Assembly: GCA_039815185.1 (NCBI GenBank)
Contig: JBCBZT010000007.1
Span: forward strand, 32,001 to 96,000
Length of the DNA stretch: 64,000 bases
Direction of reading: 5' to 3'
Source of the DNA: Cyanobacteria bacterium P01_A01_bin.123
GTDB taxonomy: Bacteria > Cyanobacteriota > Cyanobacteriia > Phormidesmidales > Phormidesmidaceae
Shown: in pieces, positions 1-10,787 of the stretch
Numbering within the stretch: position 1 is the stretch's first letter
How the letters are laid out: every line of letters begins with the position of its first letter
Made by a program: the position numbers and the translations under genes
Notes under the pieces: model-generated
What the model was told of the DNA's origin: nothing
Seen by the model: only the letters and a program-made list of their open reading frames with translations
Database searches by the model: none

Positions 1-1276
1 TTTCCAACTGCAAGATCTTGCGATCGACTTCGTCTAATTCTTCCGGTTTGGAAGTGATTTCCATCTTTAACTTGGCGGCGGATTCATCCACCAAGTCGAT
101 GGCTTTGTCAGGCAAAAAGCGATCGCTAATGTAGCGCGTTGACAGCGTTGCTGCTGCTACCAGGGCACTGTCGGAGATTTTTACCCCGTGATGCACTTCG
201 TAACGCTCTTTGAGCCCCCGTAAGATGGAAATGGTGTCTTCGACTGTCGGCTGATCCACATACACCTGCTGGAAGCGCCGTTCTAATGCAGCATCTTTTT
301 CGATGTACTTACGGTACTCGTCTAAGGTGGTGGCCCCAATGCAGCGCAGTTCACCCCTTGCCAGCATGGGTTTGAGCAGGTTACCCGCGTCCATTGCGCC
401 CTGGGTTGCCCCTGCACCGACAACGGTGTGAATTTCGTCGATAAACAGAATGATTTGGCCTTTAGAGTCGGTGACTTCCTTCAGCACGGCTTTGAGGCGT
501 TCTTCAAATTCACCGCGATACTTCGCACCGGCGATCAGGGCTCCCATGTCGAGGGCAATCAGCTTGCGGTCTTTGAGTGATTGGGGCACATCGCCGCTGA
601 CGATACGTTGGGCTAACCCTTCTGCGATCGCGGTTTTACCCACCCCCGGTTCCCCAATCAGCACAGGGTTATTTTTGGTCCGGCGAGACAAAATTTGGAT
701 GGTCCGGCGGATTTCGTCATCGCGCCCAATCACGGGATCAAGCTTGCCTTCTTTGGCAAACTGGGTCAAATCCCGTCCATACTTTTCTAAAGACTCGTAT
801 TTGCCTTCGGGGTTTTTATCCGTCACCTTTTGATTGCCTCGAATCTCTTGAATAGCGTCCCTTAATTTAGTTTCGGTGAGATTGAACGCCTGAAACAAGG
901 TTTTGCCAAAGCGATCATCGTTGACATAGGCCAAAATCAGATGCTCGATGGAAATATAATCGTCTTCGTATTCCTTGCGAAGCGCGTCCGCCCGATCGAG
1001 CAAGGTATCAAGGGAACGACCTAAATAAACTGAGGTACCGCTACCTGAGACCTGGGGCTTTGACTGGATAAATGCCTCGGTTTTTTCTCGAAGCTGACTG
1101 ATGTTAATTTCTAGCTTATTAAAAATACTGACTGCCAAGCCTTCTTGTTCGAGTAGCGCCGTCATCAGGTGCTCACTTTCGATTTGTTGCTGCTGGGCTT
1201 GCTTGGCAATTTCAGGAGTACGCGCGACCGCACTCCAGGCTTTGTCTGTAAATTGGTTGGGATTAGTGGGTTGCAT
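1..1276 (-). CDS. clpB: ClpB chaperone, N-terminal part (runs off the window edge)
   Basis: The reverse strand reads [14 protein letters not shown]..., then [37 protein letters not shown] (Walker A) and LFIDEIH (Walker B). Confidence 0.95.
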   Translation of the reverse strand, partial: MQPTNPNQFTDKAWSAVARTPEIAKQAQQQQIESEHLMTALLEQEGLAVSIFNKLEINISQLREKTEAFIQSKPQVSGSGTSVYLGRSLDTLLDRADALRKEYEDDYISIEHLILAYVNDDRFGKTLFQAFNLTETKLRDAIQEIRGNQKVTDKNPEGKYESLEKYGRDLTQFAKEGKLDPVIGRDDEIRRTIQILSRRTKNNPVLIGEPGVGKTAIAEGLAQRIVSGDVPQSLKDRKLIALDMGALIAGAKYRGEFEERLKAVLKEVTDSKGQIILFIDEIHTVVGAGATQGAMDAGNLLKPMLARGELRCIGATTLDEYRKYIEKDAALERRFQQVYVDQPTVEDTISILRGLKERYEVHHGVKISDSALVAAATLSTRYISDRFLPDKAIDLVDESAAKLKMEITSKPEELDEVDRKILQLE

Positions 1277-1412
1277 CGATTAAGCTGCCCCTCATGACTA
1301 GCTCATTTTTTCGTTATGACTGCATTGTAAGGAGCTAGAAGCTTAGAGTGAGATCGGTGTTTACGATTATTCGAGGCGGTTTGCCGCCGCAGTCCGGTTG
1401 TATGCGAATGCG

Positions 1413-2837
1413 CTAATTGAACTCTTCATCGTCGCCAAAGATATCGTCAAAGTCATCTTCGATGAGTTCTGCTGTGGCGATCGCATCTTTTTTACCCGCC
1501 TGATTCTCAGAGGATTGAGCTACTGCTTCTGGTCTGGGAATAGACGGCGAACGGGGTGGAATTTTGATCACGGGCTTAGACGGTTTGGGCTTGCGCGTTG
1601 AGGTTGCCCACTCTTGCACCCAGTCTTTGAGAATGACCGCGCTTTGCCACAGGGAGGGTTTGGGCCGGGTCGGTTTGTCAGGCTGATCTGATCCTGAAGC
1701 GGGACTAGGAGGATTCTGGTAAGTTCTTCGGGAAAGTCTCTGAGCGGTTTCTGATTTGGGTGGGACGGCCTGAGAGTGCGGCGGTGATTGGGGAGGTTCA
1801 GATTCAAGCGTTATTTCAGAGAGATTGTCTGTAGTTTGAACCGCTGCATTAGGAGCGATCGCGTTTTTGGATGCGGTGTCGAGATCATCCTCAGGCCAGT
1901 TGGATTCCTCCGGTTCTAGGGGGGACGGTTGGGGCCGCACCTCTTCTTTTGCCGTGATCGCAGCCTGCTCTAAATTGGGTTCATCGCTTAAGTTCGCTGT
2001 AGAACTAGTGTCATCCTGATCATGGGTAGGCGTCCCGTTGTGCCCTAGTTCTGTTAGATTTTCAGGGGCGGGTACTGCTATCGTGGCTGGTGTCGGCTCG
2101 TTTTTGGGCTGTTCCGCTATCTCAACGGGTTCACCGTCAGCAGTTTTGATCACAGATGCTATATCGACGGTGTTTGCAGCCGCTTGAATCGCTTTTTCTT
2201 GCCCATTGCCAGGGGGCATATCTGCATTGCTCGGCGATAGTTCAGGTTGGGGGATAGGAACTTCTATGGCAATCTCAATGGTTTCTGCGGGTAGGACAGC
2301 TTCACCCGGAAGGTCTTCTAGATACTCATACTGGTAGCGAAAGCGCAGTTTAGCCGTAGTGGGGCGCGGCTTATGCCGATCAATTTTGACGGTGGGCGCA
2401 ACCTTGGGTGTCATTGACACTGGCTTGGTCACCTCAGTGGCCAGCTTGCGACTGCGATTGCCCAATGCTTTCACCTGAGCTAGTCCCGGCAAATCGGTGA
2501 CTGCGTCTACGGTGCTACTGGCAAGTTCGCCCATGGCGGGCAAAATATCATCATCGGCAATGGGGGTACGCAGATTTTCTGGGGTGCGCGATCGTCGCAG
2601 CGACAGCATTTGCCACTCCAAAGATAGCAGCAGGGCCACACTCGCCGTTTGCCCCAGTAGCACCGCTCCAGTCATGCGCCCAGCACAAAACCACAACACC
2701 AGAGCATAGAACATACCAACTCCGCTCCAGGCAAAGTCCTGTCTGCGGTGTACCTCCGGAAAAAAAAACGCTGCCATGTACAGCCCAAAGCTGCCAAACC
2801 CCACAGCTAATGCCAATAGATTGGCCAACATGCTCAA
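1413..2837 (-). CDS. Ycf66-family membrane protein with a long Pro/acidic low-complexity tail
   Basis: The N-terminus LYMAAFFFPEVHRRQDFAWSGVGMFYALVLWFCAGRMTGAVLLGQ is typical of Ycf66_N. Confidence 0.8.
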   Translation of the reverse strand: MSMLANLLALAVGFGSFGLYMAAFFFPEVHRRQDFAWSGVGMFYALVLWFCAGRMTGAVLLGQTASVALLLSLEWQMLSLRRSRTPENLRTPIADDDILPAMGELASSTVDAVTDLPGLAQVKALGNRSRKLATEVTKPVSMTPKVAPTVKIDRHKPRPTTAKLRFRYQYEYLEDLPGEAVLPAETIEIAIEVPIPQPELSPSNADMPPGNGQEKAIQAAANTVDIASVIKTADGEPVEIAEQPKNEPTPATIAVPAPENLTELGHNGTPTHDQDDTSSTANLSDEPNLEQAAITAKEEVRPQPSPLEPEESNWPEDDLDTASKNAIAPNAAVQTTDNLSEITLESEPPQSPPHSQAVPPKSETAQRLSRRTYQNPPSPASGSDQPDKPTRPKPSLWQSAVILKDWVQEWATSTRKPKPSKPVIKIPPRSPSIPRPEAVAQSSENQAGKKDAIATAELIEDDFDDIFGDDEEFN

Positions 2838-2898
2838 ATGATTTGCCCTATTCAGTCGCTCTTCCTAGGGTATAACGGTTGGCAATGGATTAGAGAGA

Positions 2899-3903
2899 TT
2901 AAGATGCGCCTGATCGTTTACTAAAGAGCACGAGCACCGTTTTGACAATCAATTTGATGTCGTATAGCAGGCTCCAGTTTTCCTGATATCGTAAATCGAG
3001 GCGAATGACGTCTTCAAATTTTTTGATTGTGGAGCGGCCATGGACTTGCCATTCTCCTGTCATACCGGGTTTGACATTTAGGCGCTGCCACTCTGGGACT
3101 TCATATTGTTCAATTTCGTCAGGGGTAGGGGGCCGGGTGCCGACTAAGCTCATCTCGCCCTTGAGCACGTTCCAGAACTGGGGAAACTCATCAAGGCTAG
3201 TTTTGCGGAGCAATCGGCCAATGGGCGTAATCCGAGGATCATTCTCGTTTTTAAATAGCGGGCCATCCACCTGGTTTTGCACTTGTTGCTTCAAGGCTTC
3301 GGCATTCACGACCATGGAGCGAAATTTCCAAATCTTAAAGCGGCGTCCCATCCAAGAGCAGCGGGTTTGACCAAACAATACCGGGCCGCCGTCGTGCAGC
3401 TTAATCGCGATCGCGATGGGAATAGCGATAACTGCCGTAATCACTAATCCAACTAGTGCGCCGATTATATCCAGTAAGCGTTTCAATTTTGAGTCAACAG
3501 ATGGGTGAGTGGCCTGAGGTAAGGTTGGTTTGGGCTGCTTGGTTGATTCAGGTTCAGCTTGATCTGGGGCAGATACTTCGAGGGTGAAGATCTGGTCTAG
3601 ATCCGTCATCTTCAGCGCCATCATGACCTGGGGTGGCACATCTCTCAAAATGAGCTGACTACCGTGGGAGTCACAAAGCTTGCGGCAGATGACCAAAGCA
3701 CCAATGCCGCTGCTGTCAATAAAAGCTGTGTGAGAAAAGTCTAAAACGATCCGGGCAATCTCCGGAAAGTCTTGGTGTAACGTCTGACAGGTCTGCTTAA
3801 ACTCAACTGCTTCAAGTACCGTAAATGAAGCTGGGAGCGTTATCTGACAGACCTGATCGCAGACTAGAGGGCTGTAATCTACAGAACCAGAAGTATCAAC
3901 CAT
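2899..3903 (-). CDS. STAS (anti-sigma antagonist) domain fused to a bacterial sugar transferase (priming phosphoglycosyl transferase)
   Basis: STAS motif LDFSHTAFIDSSGIGAL; transferase motifs KFRSM, DPRIT, SLDEFPQFWNVLKGEMSLVGTRP and KPGMTG. Confidence 0.9.
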   Translation of the reverse strand: MVDTSGSVDYSPLVCDQVCQITLPASFTVLEAVEFKQTCQTLHQDFPEIARIVLDFSHTAFIDSSGIGALVICRKLCDSHGSQLILRDVPPQVMMALKMTDLDQIFTLEVSAPDQAEPESTKQPKPTLPQATHPSVDSKLKRLLDIIGALVGLVITAVIAIPIAIAIKLHDGGPVLFGQTRCSWMGRRFKIWKFRSMVVNAEALKQQVQNQVDGPLFKNENDPRITPIGRLLRKTSLDEFPQFWNVLKGEMSLVGTRPPTPDEIEQYEVPEWQRLNVKPGMTGEWQVHGRSTIKKFEDVIRLDLRYQENWSLLYDIKLIVKTVLVLFSKRSGAS

Positions 3904-4233
3904 AACTTTATTACTGCAACTGCCACCAAAGAACGCTGGGAAAGCCCATGTCTCTATAATTCCCTACTACACCCGAAGTTGGCCATAACAGACTGCTTTA
4001 TGCAATCAATAAGGTTATTGTCAATGGGTTACGGCTGTTTAAGCATTGACTGCCAAACCTTAGGCATGTTTTCGGGTCTAAACCCTATCCGACTTGAAAC
4101 CTTGAGTTTGAGTTTAGGGCAAACTGTGAATTTGCCTACAGCCAAGGTTTGTATCAAGTTTAAAGAAAGCCTAGCTCACAACTTTGCGAACTAGGCTTTT
4201 GATCTGAGTATGGCAGCACGAGCGCTGTCCCAA

Positions 4234-5850
4234 TTATTCGAGAATTGTGTCAACTGAGGTTGAACTGGTTGCTGTGAGTTGAGGCGCAGATAAGATGCGG
4301 GAGTAAAGCGGTCCAGTTTCTCGAGCCATCAGCGGCAGTGTTCCTTGCACTTGATCGGCCACTTGAACCGTTTTCACGTCATAGGTTTCCGTGGCTAGAC
4401 GAGGATAAACACCAATGGCAATGATGGGAACCAGTAAACACATGGCAATGAAACTTTCCCGAGGCTTAATGTCTGAGAAACTCGCCATTGCGTCAGACAG
4501 CTTCTCGCTGGGATTGCCGTAGAAAATGCGACGCAGCATCGACAGCAAGTAAATGGGTGAAAGAATCACACCAATGGCTGCCAGCACAATGATTGCAACC
4601 TTGAAAAACTCGCTGTAAGCATCACTCGTAGCAAAGCCTAAGAAGATAGACAGCTCACCTACGAAACCGCTCATACCGGGTAAAGCAAGGGATGCCATTG
4701 AGCCAGCTGTAAAGAGCGCAAACTCTACAGGCATCGCTTTAGCCATTCCCCCCATCTGATCCATGGCTAAGGTATGAGTCCGCTCATAAGTCACCCCAGA
4801 TAAGAAGAAGAGGACAGCGGCGATCAACCCATGGGAGATCATTTGCAGCAATGCACCGCTGATACCTAAAGTGGTGAATGCAGATAGCCCAAGTAGGACA
4901 AAGCCCATGTGTGCTACAGAAGAGTAGGCCATGCGGCGCTTGAGATTATCCTGGCCAAAGGCAGTCAGCGAAGCGTAAATAATGTTGATAATGCCCAGCA
5001 CTGCCAAAACAGGTGCAAAGTAGACGTGAGCATCGGGCAGCATTTCCAAATTCATTCGGATCAAACCATACCCGGCCATTTTCAGCAGAACTCCAGCCAA
5101 AATCATCGACACGGGAGCAGGCGCTTCGCTGTGAGCGTCAGGTAGCCAAGTATGGAAGGGGAAAATCGGTAGCTTTACGCCAAAGGCAATTAAGAAACCG
5201 ATATAAGCCAGCACCTGGAACGTTAAAGAGTAATCCTTCATGCCCAGTTCGGCCATGCTGAAGGTGATGTTATCGCCGTAGAAAGCCATGGCTAAGCCAG
5301 CGATCAAAATGAAGACTGACCCAACAGCGGTATAGAGGATGAACTTAGTTGCGGCGTAGAGACGCTTCTGACCGCCCCAGATTGAAATTAATAAATAGAC
5401 CGGTACAAGCTCAAGCTCCCACATGAGGAAGAACATCAGCAGGTCTTGGGCTAGGAAAACACCCACTTGGGCGCTGTACATCAGCAACAGCAGCGCGAAG
5501 TAGAGCTTAGACTTTTCGGTGACGTTCCACGAGGCTAAAATTGCCAGCGTCGTGACCAGCCCTGAGAGGACGACTAAAGGCATGGAGAGGCCATCAGCAG
5601 CGACTGACCAGTTGAAGCCAATCTGTGGAACCCAGCTGTAACTTTCAATAAGCTGTAACCCTGAAATTTGGGGATCGTAATGCTTCCCAAAAGTAAAGAG
5701 AATCAGCGCAAACTCTAATAAGCCCACACCAAGGGCGTACCAACGAACTGTCTTACCCTGCGAGTTAGGCAATGCCGGGATCAATAGGGCAGCCAAGGCG
5801 GGGAAGAAAATTAAAGCAGTCAACCACGGAAGTTGTTCACTAACCATCAC
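4234..5850 (-). CDS. ndhD: NDH-1 subunit 4 (NdhD1/D2 type)
   Basis: Polytopic membrane protein with [26 protein letters not shown] and AYSSVAHMG. Confidence 0.93.
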   Translation of the reverse strand: MMVSEQLPWLTALIFFPALAALLIPALPNSQGKTVRWYALGVGLLEFALILFTFGKHYDPQISGLQLIESYSWVPQIGFNWSVAADGLSMPLVVLSGLVTTLAILASWNVTEKSKLYFALLLLMYSAQVGVFLAQDLLMFFLMWELELVPVYLLISIWGGQKRLYAATKFILYTAVGSVFILIAGLAMAFYGDNITFSMAELGMKDYSLTFQVLAYIGFLIAFGVKLPIFPFHTWLPDAHSEAPAPVSMILAGVLLKMAGYGLIRMNLEMLPDAHVYFAPVLAVLGIINIIYASLTAFGQDNLKRRMAYSSVAHMGFVLLGLSAFTTLGISGALLQMISHGLIAAVLFFLSGVTYERTHTLAMDQMGGMAKAMPVEFALFTAGSMASLALPGMSGFVGELSIFLGFATSDAYSEFFKVAIIVLAAIGVILSPIYLLSMLRRIFYGNPSEKLSDAMASFSDIKPRESFIAMCLLVPIIAIGVYPRLATETYDVKTVQVADQVQGTLPLMARETGPLYSRILSAPQLTATSSTSVDTILE

Positions 5851-6268
5851 AATTTACGTGAATTCAACAGAACAGCAGCGCATCTCGAATACGGCCCGCT
5901 TGGAGCAGGACTCTAGCTTTAGGCGACTTGAGTGCTAAGAAATCGTTATCCATCGTGCGGTGGATATTACCTGGTTTCGCAGCGGCCTCACGTATGGATA
6001 AGGTCGGAGGAATCCAGCACTCAGCGCTTAAGCCCCGTAGAGCATTTGACTAGGTAAGCCAACCGTTGGAGACATCAATGAGGATTTATACCTACTAATT
6101 TGATGCGCCCGTTTTAGTATATAAAACTTAATCAACATTTGATAAGGTAAAAACGCCTAAAATCCGTCTGATTTTCAAGAAAATCAAGACATAGTAAAGT
6201 TTTCAGGATTTTTCTGTTTAAGAATCAATAAAAATAATCACTTTTATTGATGTAAATCTATGTAAAGT

Positions 6269-7252
6269 TTAATTGGGTTCAATTAACGCGCCGTCAAAGT
6301 CTAGGGAAAGGATCTGGGTATCAACTTTAAATTTTGGGTTTTGCCATGCCTGTAACATTTCGTTACAGATCGATGTAGCGATTGCTTCCTTGGTGATGGC
6401 TAACAAAGTGGGGCCGGCACCGCTGATCACCAGTCCGCATGCGCCTGCTGCTTGGCTTGCTTGCTGCACTGTTTCAAACCCTGGAATTAAAGTCTGACGG
6501 TAGGGCTGATGGATGCGATCGCGGAGAGCGGCTTTTAACCACTGTTCGTTTCCCGTCTCTAGTCCCCGGAGTAGCATTCCCAGATGAGCCATGTTAAAGA
6601 TGGCATCGGCTTTGGTGTAGTGAGTGGGTAAGACTTTTCGGGCTGCGACAGTCGACAGTTCAAAATCAGGAACAGCAACGATCGCTTTGATGGAGTCATG
6701 CCAGGGGACATCACAGATTACCCAGCGATTATCTGCGTCTTGAGCCGCCAGGTGACAACCGCCGAGTATTGCCGGAACAACGTTATCGGGATGGCCTTCA
6801 ATCGCGATCGCGAGGTTGGTAATTTCTTCTGAAGTTAGAGGATAATCTGCGATCGCGTTTGCGCCCAATAATCCCCCCACAATTGCAGTGGATGAACTGC
6901 CAAGACCTCGCGCTAGCGGCACATCGAGTTCTATCTCTATGCAAACGGCAGGGGGCGCCTGTTGTTGCTTCTGGTAAAAGATGTCAAAAGCCTGATATGC
7001 CAGGTTATCGGGTTCGGTACTGACCCGATCGGCATCTTTGCCAGAAATGAGAATCTCAAGGGTGCCGGGTGCTGCGTCTAGAGCGGTGAAGCGGAAGCGA
7101 TTGTAAAGGGTGAGCGCAGCCCCGAGGCAGTCAAAGCCGGGGCCGATGTTTGCGGTGGTAGCGGGTACCGTAACCAAAAAAGAGTCGGGCACAGCGGTCT
7201 CAACCAATGCGTCAAAATGGACAAAGGACAGCACTGATATGATTGCTGTCAA
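6269..7252 (-). CDS. thrB: Homoserine kinase (true start probably near 7192)
   Basis: VPATTANIGPGFD, PLARGLGSSS, EGHPDN and ISGAGPT motifs. Confidence 0.95.
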   Translation of the reverse strand: MTAIISVLSFVHFDALVETAVPDSFLVTVPATTANIGPGFDCLGAALTLYNRFRFTALDAAPGTLEILISGKDADRVSTEPDNLAYQAFDIFYQKQQQAPPAVCIEIELDVPLARGLGSSSTAIVGGLLGANAIADYPLTSEEITNLAIAIEGHPDNVVPAILGGCHLAAQDADNRWVICDVPWHDSIKAIVAVPDFELSTVAARKVLPTHYTKADAIFNMAHLGMLLRGLETGNEQWLKAALRDRIHQPYRQTLIPGFETVQQASQAAGACGLVISGAGPTLLAITKEAIATSICNEMLQAWQNPKFKVDTQILSLDFDGALIEPN

Positions 7253-7301
7253 GGGATTATGCTATCAGGTTGCTGACTACGCATAGTGGAGAGAGAAGGA
7301 A

Positions 7302-7817
7302 ATGTCGCGATCGCTTAATGGTTTTAAGACGCTGGGTATATCAGTACTGTATGCGGGGAGTGCAGTCGGGGGAATAGCGTTCTCGACGTTGACGACCACA
7401 GCTGCAACGGCGATCATGACCGGACCTGCCAATCCAGTGACTGGACTTCATGCCTCCAATAGCACAGCTTTGGGGCAGGTCAATACCGACCCGACCCCAC
7501 CTTTCCCCGATGTGCCCCTTGATCAATGGGGATATACCGCTGTGGAGCGACTTGCGGAAAACTATGGTTGCATCGTCGGCTATCCGGACGGCACCTTTCG
7601 CGGTGATGAACCATTGACGCGTTATGAATTTGCTGCCGCAATGGCTGCCTGCTTGGACGCGTCTCTTGAGAATACAAGACCCCCAGTTTCAGAAGTGCAG
7701 GAAATTCAACAAGATTTGCAGCGTCAATTGGACTGTCTCACAGGGGATGTCGATCGCTTGGAGGGTAATCCGACCGATGCCTCAACTCCCAATGCTGAAA
7801 GCTGTGCTGAGTTTTGA
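7302..7817 (+). CDS. Small exported SLH-domain protein resembling the N-terminus of cyanobacterial porins, with no beta-barrel
   Basis: Signal-like N-terminus; FPDV...W...YGCIVGYPDGTFRGDEPLTRYEFAA..ACLD, then a short coiled coil. Confidence 0.8.
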   Translation: MSRSLNGFKTLGISVLYAGSAVGGIAFSTLTTTAATAIMTGPANPVTGLHASNSTALGQVNTDPTPPFPDVPLDQWGYTAVERLAENYGCIVGYPDGTFRGDEPLTRYEFAAAMAACLDASLENTRPPVSEVQEIQQDLQRQLDCLTGDVDRLEGNPTDASTPNAESCAEF

Positions 7818-7856
7818 GATGATTTCTTAGATAGTGCTTGCTTGGCCGACGGTGGT

Positions 7857-9662
7857 TTAAAAATGGCTGCGATCGCGGATTGCAGCCACCATGCGATCGC
7901 AGACTTCATCCACCGATAAACTACCCAGGTCGCCTTCGGCGCGGGTGCGAATGCTCAGGGTGTTAGCCTCTAGTTCTTTTGCCCCCACTACTGCCATCAC
8001 GGGGATTTTGGCTTTTTCGGCATTGCGGATCATTTTGCCCAAGCGATCGCCGCTGGTATCGAACTCGGCTCGTACCCCGTGATTATGTAGCCGATCAATC
8101 ACTTGTTGGACAAAGCCCACTTGTTCCTCGGTGACAGGGAGCAATCTCGCCTGCACGGGAGCCATCCAAAACGGAAAATCTCCAGCGTATTCTTCGATCA
8201 AAATGCCGATTAATCTCTCTAGAGAACCAAAGGGAGCCCGGTGGATCATCACCGGACGTTGACGGGATCCATCTTCAGAGACATACTCCAATTCAAACCG
8301 CTCGGGCAGATTGTAATCAACCTGTACTGTACCCAGCTGCCATTCGCGACCCAGAGCATCGGTAAAAATGAAGTCGAGCTTTGGTCCATAGAAAGCCGCT
8401 TCACCGACCCCTTCAAAGTGATTCATGCCCAGAGTTTCAACGGCGCGGCGAATGGCATTTTGAGATTTTTCCCAGACATCGTCAGAGCCAATATATTTGT
8501 CAGAGGCCGGATCGCGGAAACTTAAGCGAGCTTTAAAGTCTTTGAGCTGGAGGCTCTTAAACACGGCCAAAGTCAGATCGACCACTTTGAGAAATTCATC
8601 ATCCAGTTGGTTCGGGGTGACAAACAGGTGGGCATCATCCACGGTAAAGCCGCGAACGCGGGTCAGACCGCCCAGTTCACCCGATTGTTCATAGCGGTAT
8701 ACGGTACCAAATTCTGCGAGTCGCATTGGCAACTCTTTATAGGAGCGCAGCTCGTTTTTATAAATCTGAATGTGGAAGGGGCAGTTCATCGGCTTCATCA
8801 CAAAGCCTTGCTCATTGGTACGATCGGCGTCATCTTCCGCCATCATCGGGAACATATCTTCTTGATATTTTTGCCAGTGCCCAGACGTCTTGAACAAATC
8901 GATCCGACCAATATGGGGCGTAATCACAGGCAAATAGCCCCGCTTGACTTGTTCTTGTTCGAGAAAGTCTTGGAGGGTAGAGCGCAAAACAGTGCCCTTT
9001 GGTGTCCACAAAGGCAGGCCCGGCCCGACATCGTCAGCAAACAAAAATAGCCCCAGTTCTTTACCCAACTTGCGGTGGTCTCGGCGTTTTGCCTCTTCCT
9101 GCCGCCGTTTGTATTCCTGGAGCTGTTCAGGGGTTTCCCAAGCGGTGCCGTAGATCCGCTGGAGTTGGGCTTGAGTTGCGTCACCCCGCCAGTAGGCTCC
9201 GGCTACGCTTTCGAGATCAAAAGCTTTTGGGTTGAGATCTTTAGTGGTTTCTACGTGGGGGCCAGCACACAGATCCCACCACTGATCGCCCAAGTGATAT
9301 AGGGTAATGGGATCTTCTAGGCCTGCCAAAATCTCAAGTTTGTAAGGCTCTCCTAAGGCTTCGATACGTTTTTGAGCTTCCTCACGGGTCACTTCTTCTT
9401 GAACGACAGGCAAACCCTTTTTGACGATTTTGATCATTTCTTTTTTGATCGCCTTCAAATCCGCCTCAGTAAAGGGATCGGGACTGTCGAAATCGTAATA
9501 AAAGCCATAATCGATCCAGGGGCCAATCGTCACCTGAGCCTTCGGAAATAAATTTTGCACCGCCATCGCCATGACGTGAGAAAAGGTGTGGCGAATTCGT
9601 TTGAGATGCTCTGATTCGTCGGTACGGGGGAGATAAATTTTCTCTGACTCAGGGTGCGACAT
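7857..9662 (-). CDS. thrS: Threonyl-tRNA synthetase
   Basis: DLCAGPH, RDHRKLG, KPMNCPFH and IHRAPFGSLER motifs. Confidence 0.97.
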   Translation of the reverse strand: MSHPESEKIYLPRTDESEHLKRIRHTFSHVMAMAVQNLFPKAQVTIGPWIDYGFYYDFDSPDPFTEADLKAIKKEMIKIVKKGLPVVQEEVTREEAQKRIEALGEPYKLEILAGLEDPITLYHLGDQWWDLCAGPHVETTKDLNPKAFDLESVAGAYWRGDATQAQLQRIYGTAWETPEQLQEYKRRQEEAKRRDHRKLGKELGLFLFADDVGPGLPLWTPKGTVLRSTLQDFLEQEQVKRGYLPVITPHIGRIDLFKTSGHWQKYQEDMFPMMAEDDADRTNEQGFVMKPMNCPFHIQIYKNELRSYKELPMRLAEFGTVYRYEQSGELGGLTRVRGFTVDDAHLFVTPNQLDDEFLKVVDLTLAVFKSLQLKDFKARLSFRDPASDKYIGSDDVWEKSQNAIRRAVETLGMNHFEGVGEAAFYGPKLDFIFTDALGREWQLGTVQVDYNLPERFELEYVSEDGSRQRPVMIHRAPFGSLERLIGILIEEYAGDFPFWMAPVQARLLPVTEEQVGFVQQVIDRLHNHGVRAEFDTSGDRLGKMIRNAEKAKIPVMAVVGAKELEANTLSIRTRAEGDLGSLSVDEVCDRMVAAIRDRSHF

Positions 9663-10012
9663 TGTGTTGTCCAGCTATGCTTAGCAGTCTTTGTTAAGTC
9701 TAAAACTTTAAGCTGAAAACGAGTGAGTTGATTGGAATGAGGTCGCAAAAGAGTCCATAGCGTGAGCCAGGAAAGGAGATCAGAATGCGATCGAGGGGAT
9801 CCGCATAGGAGATTAATCCTACTGCTGCTCAACGGTAGACGCTACTCTCCATCCCTTTATTTCCCATCTCCGTGTCAAAGCATGAACTCCTCCTACTGCT
9901 CTTCTCCCTCGCATCCATGAGCCTTTGAGCCTATTTAGCGCTAAGCTAAGTATATATCGCTAGGCAGATATACGCAGTTCCCGTTTCACCCTGTTATTGA
10001 CTGAGAAATTCT

Positions 10013-10303
10013 ATGGCAATCCATGAGCCTACCCAGACTAATGCTCAAAGTTCCCTATCTGAGAGGGAATTGCAAATCGTAGAGTTGGTGGCTGCGGGGC
10101 TAACTAATCAAGAGATTTCTGAAAAGCTGGAAATTAGTAAGCGCACCGTCGATAATCACGTCAGCAACATTTTGACCAAAACGGCCACGGGTAATCGGGT
10201 AGCGCTGGTGCGTTGGGCATTGCAGTGGGGTAAGGTTTGCATTGACGATGTCAACTGCTGTACGTTGCCTAATGTTGGACATGAAGCCGAAAAATCTGTG
10301 TAA
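10013..10303 (+). CDS. pedR: PedR-like small LuxR-family regulator
   Basis: LuxR HTH (LSERELQIVELVAAGLTNQEI...TVDNHVSNIL) with the C-terminal KVCIDDVNCC cysteine motif. Confidence 0.85.
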   Translation: MAIHEPTQTNAQSSLSERELQIVELVAAGLTNQEISEKLEISKRTVDNHVSNILTKTATGNRVALVRWALQWGKVCIDDVNCCTLPNVGHEAEKSV

Positions 10304-10308
10304 GCGCT

Positions 10309-10725
10309 GTGACTAACGAAGCTCAAGCTGATAAGACTCTAGCTAGCAATACTCAAAGTCCTGAGCTCCTTGATGATGCTCAACCGAATCGTTCAGATGA
10401 CGGAACTGTGGCTGATGATGCTCAATCTGACCTGCAAGATGCAACAGCATCTGAAGAGTTACGACAGCTTCAGTATCAATTGCGATGTCCTCAACTGCCG
10501 CTTGCGGTTTATCGAGAGGTGGCGGCTCATCTCCGTCAGCTAGATGGGGTTGAAACTGGGCTCTTACCCCAGACTTCTCAAGAATTTGATTATTTACAAA
10601 GTCAGGTAGGTGGGTTGTGGGTTCGCTATCCGGAGGTTGGGGCAGAGGCGTATCAACAACAGGTAGAAGCAATTCTTAAGTATTATGGGGAACGCTATCG
10701 TCCCTGGGAAACTATTATCCGTTAG
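10309..10725 (+). CDS. Conserved cyanobacterial hypothetical protein
   Basis: LPLAVYREVAAHLRQ...FDYLQSQVGGLW; lies directly after pedR. Confidence 0.7.
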   Translation: MTNEAQADKTLASNTQSPELLDDAQPNRSDDGTVADDAQSDLQDATASEELRQLQYQLRCPQLPLAVYREVAAHLRQLDGVETGLLPQTSQEFDYLQSQVGGLWVRYPEVGAEAYQQQVEAILKYYGERYRPWETIIR

Positions 10726-10787
10726 TTAGGGCATCGCTGAGACGATGTGCTAATGTGCAGCGTTTAGTTTGGGTTTAATTGCGATTC

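Noticed and set aside
5912..5938. CIRCE element
   Set aside because: Only the GAGTGCTAA half is present; there is no TTAGCACTC 9 nt upstream.
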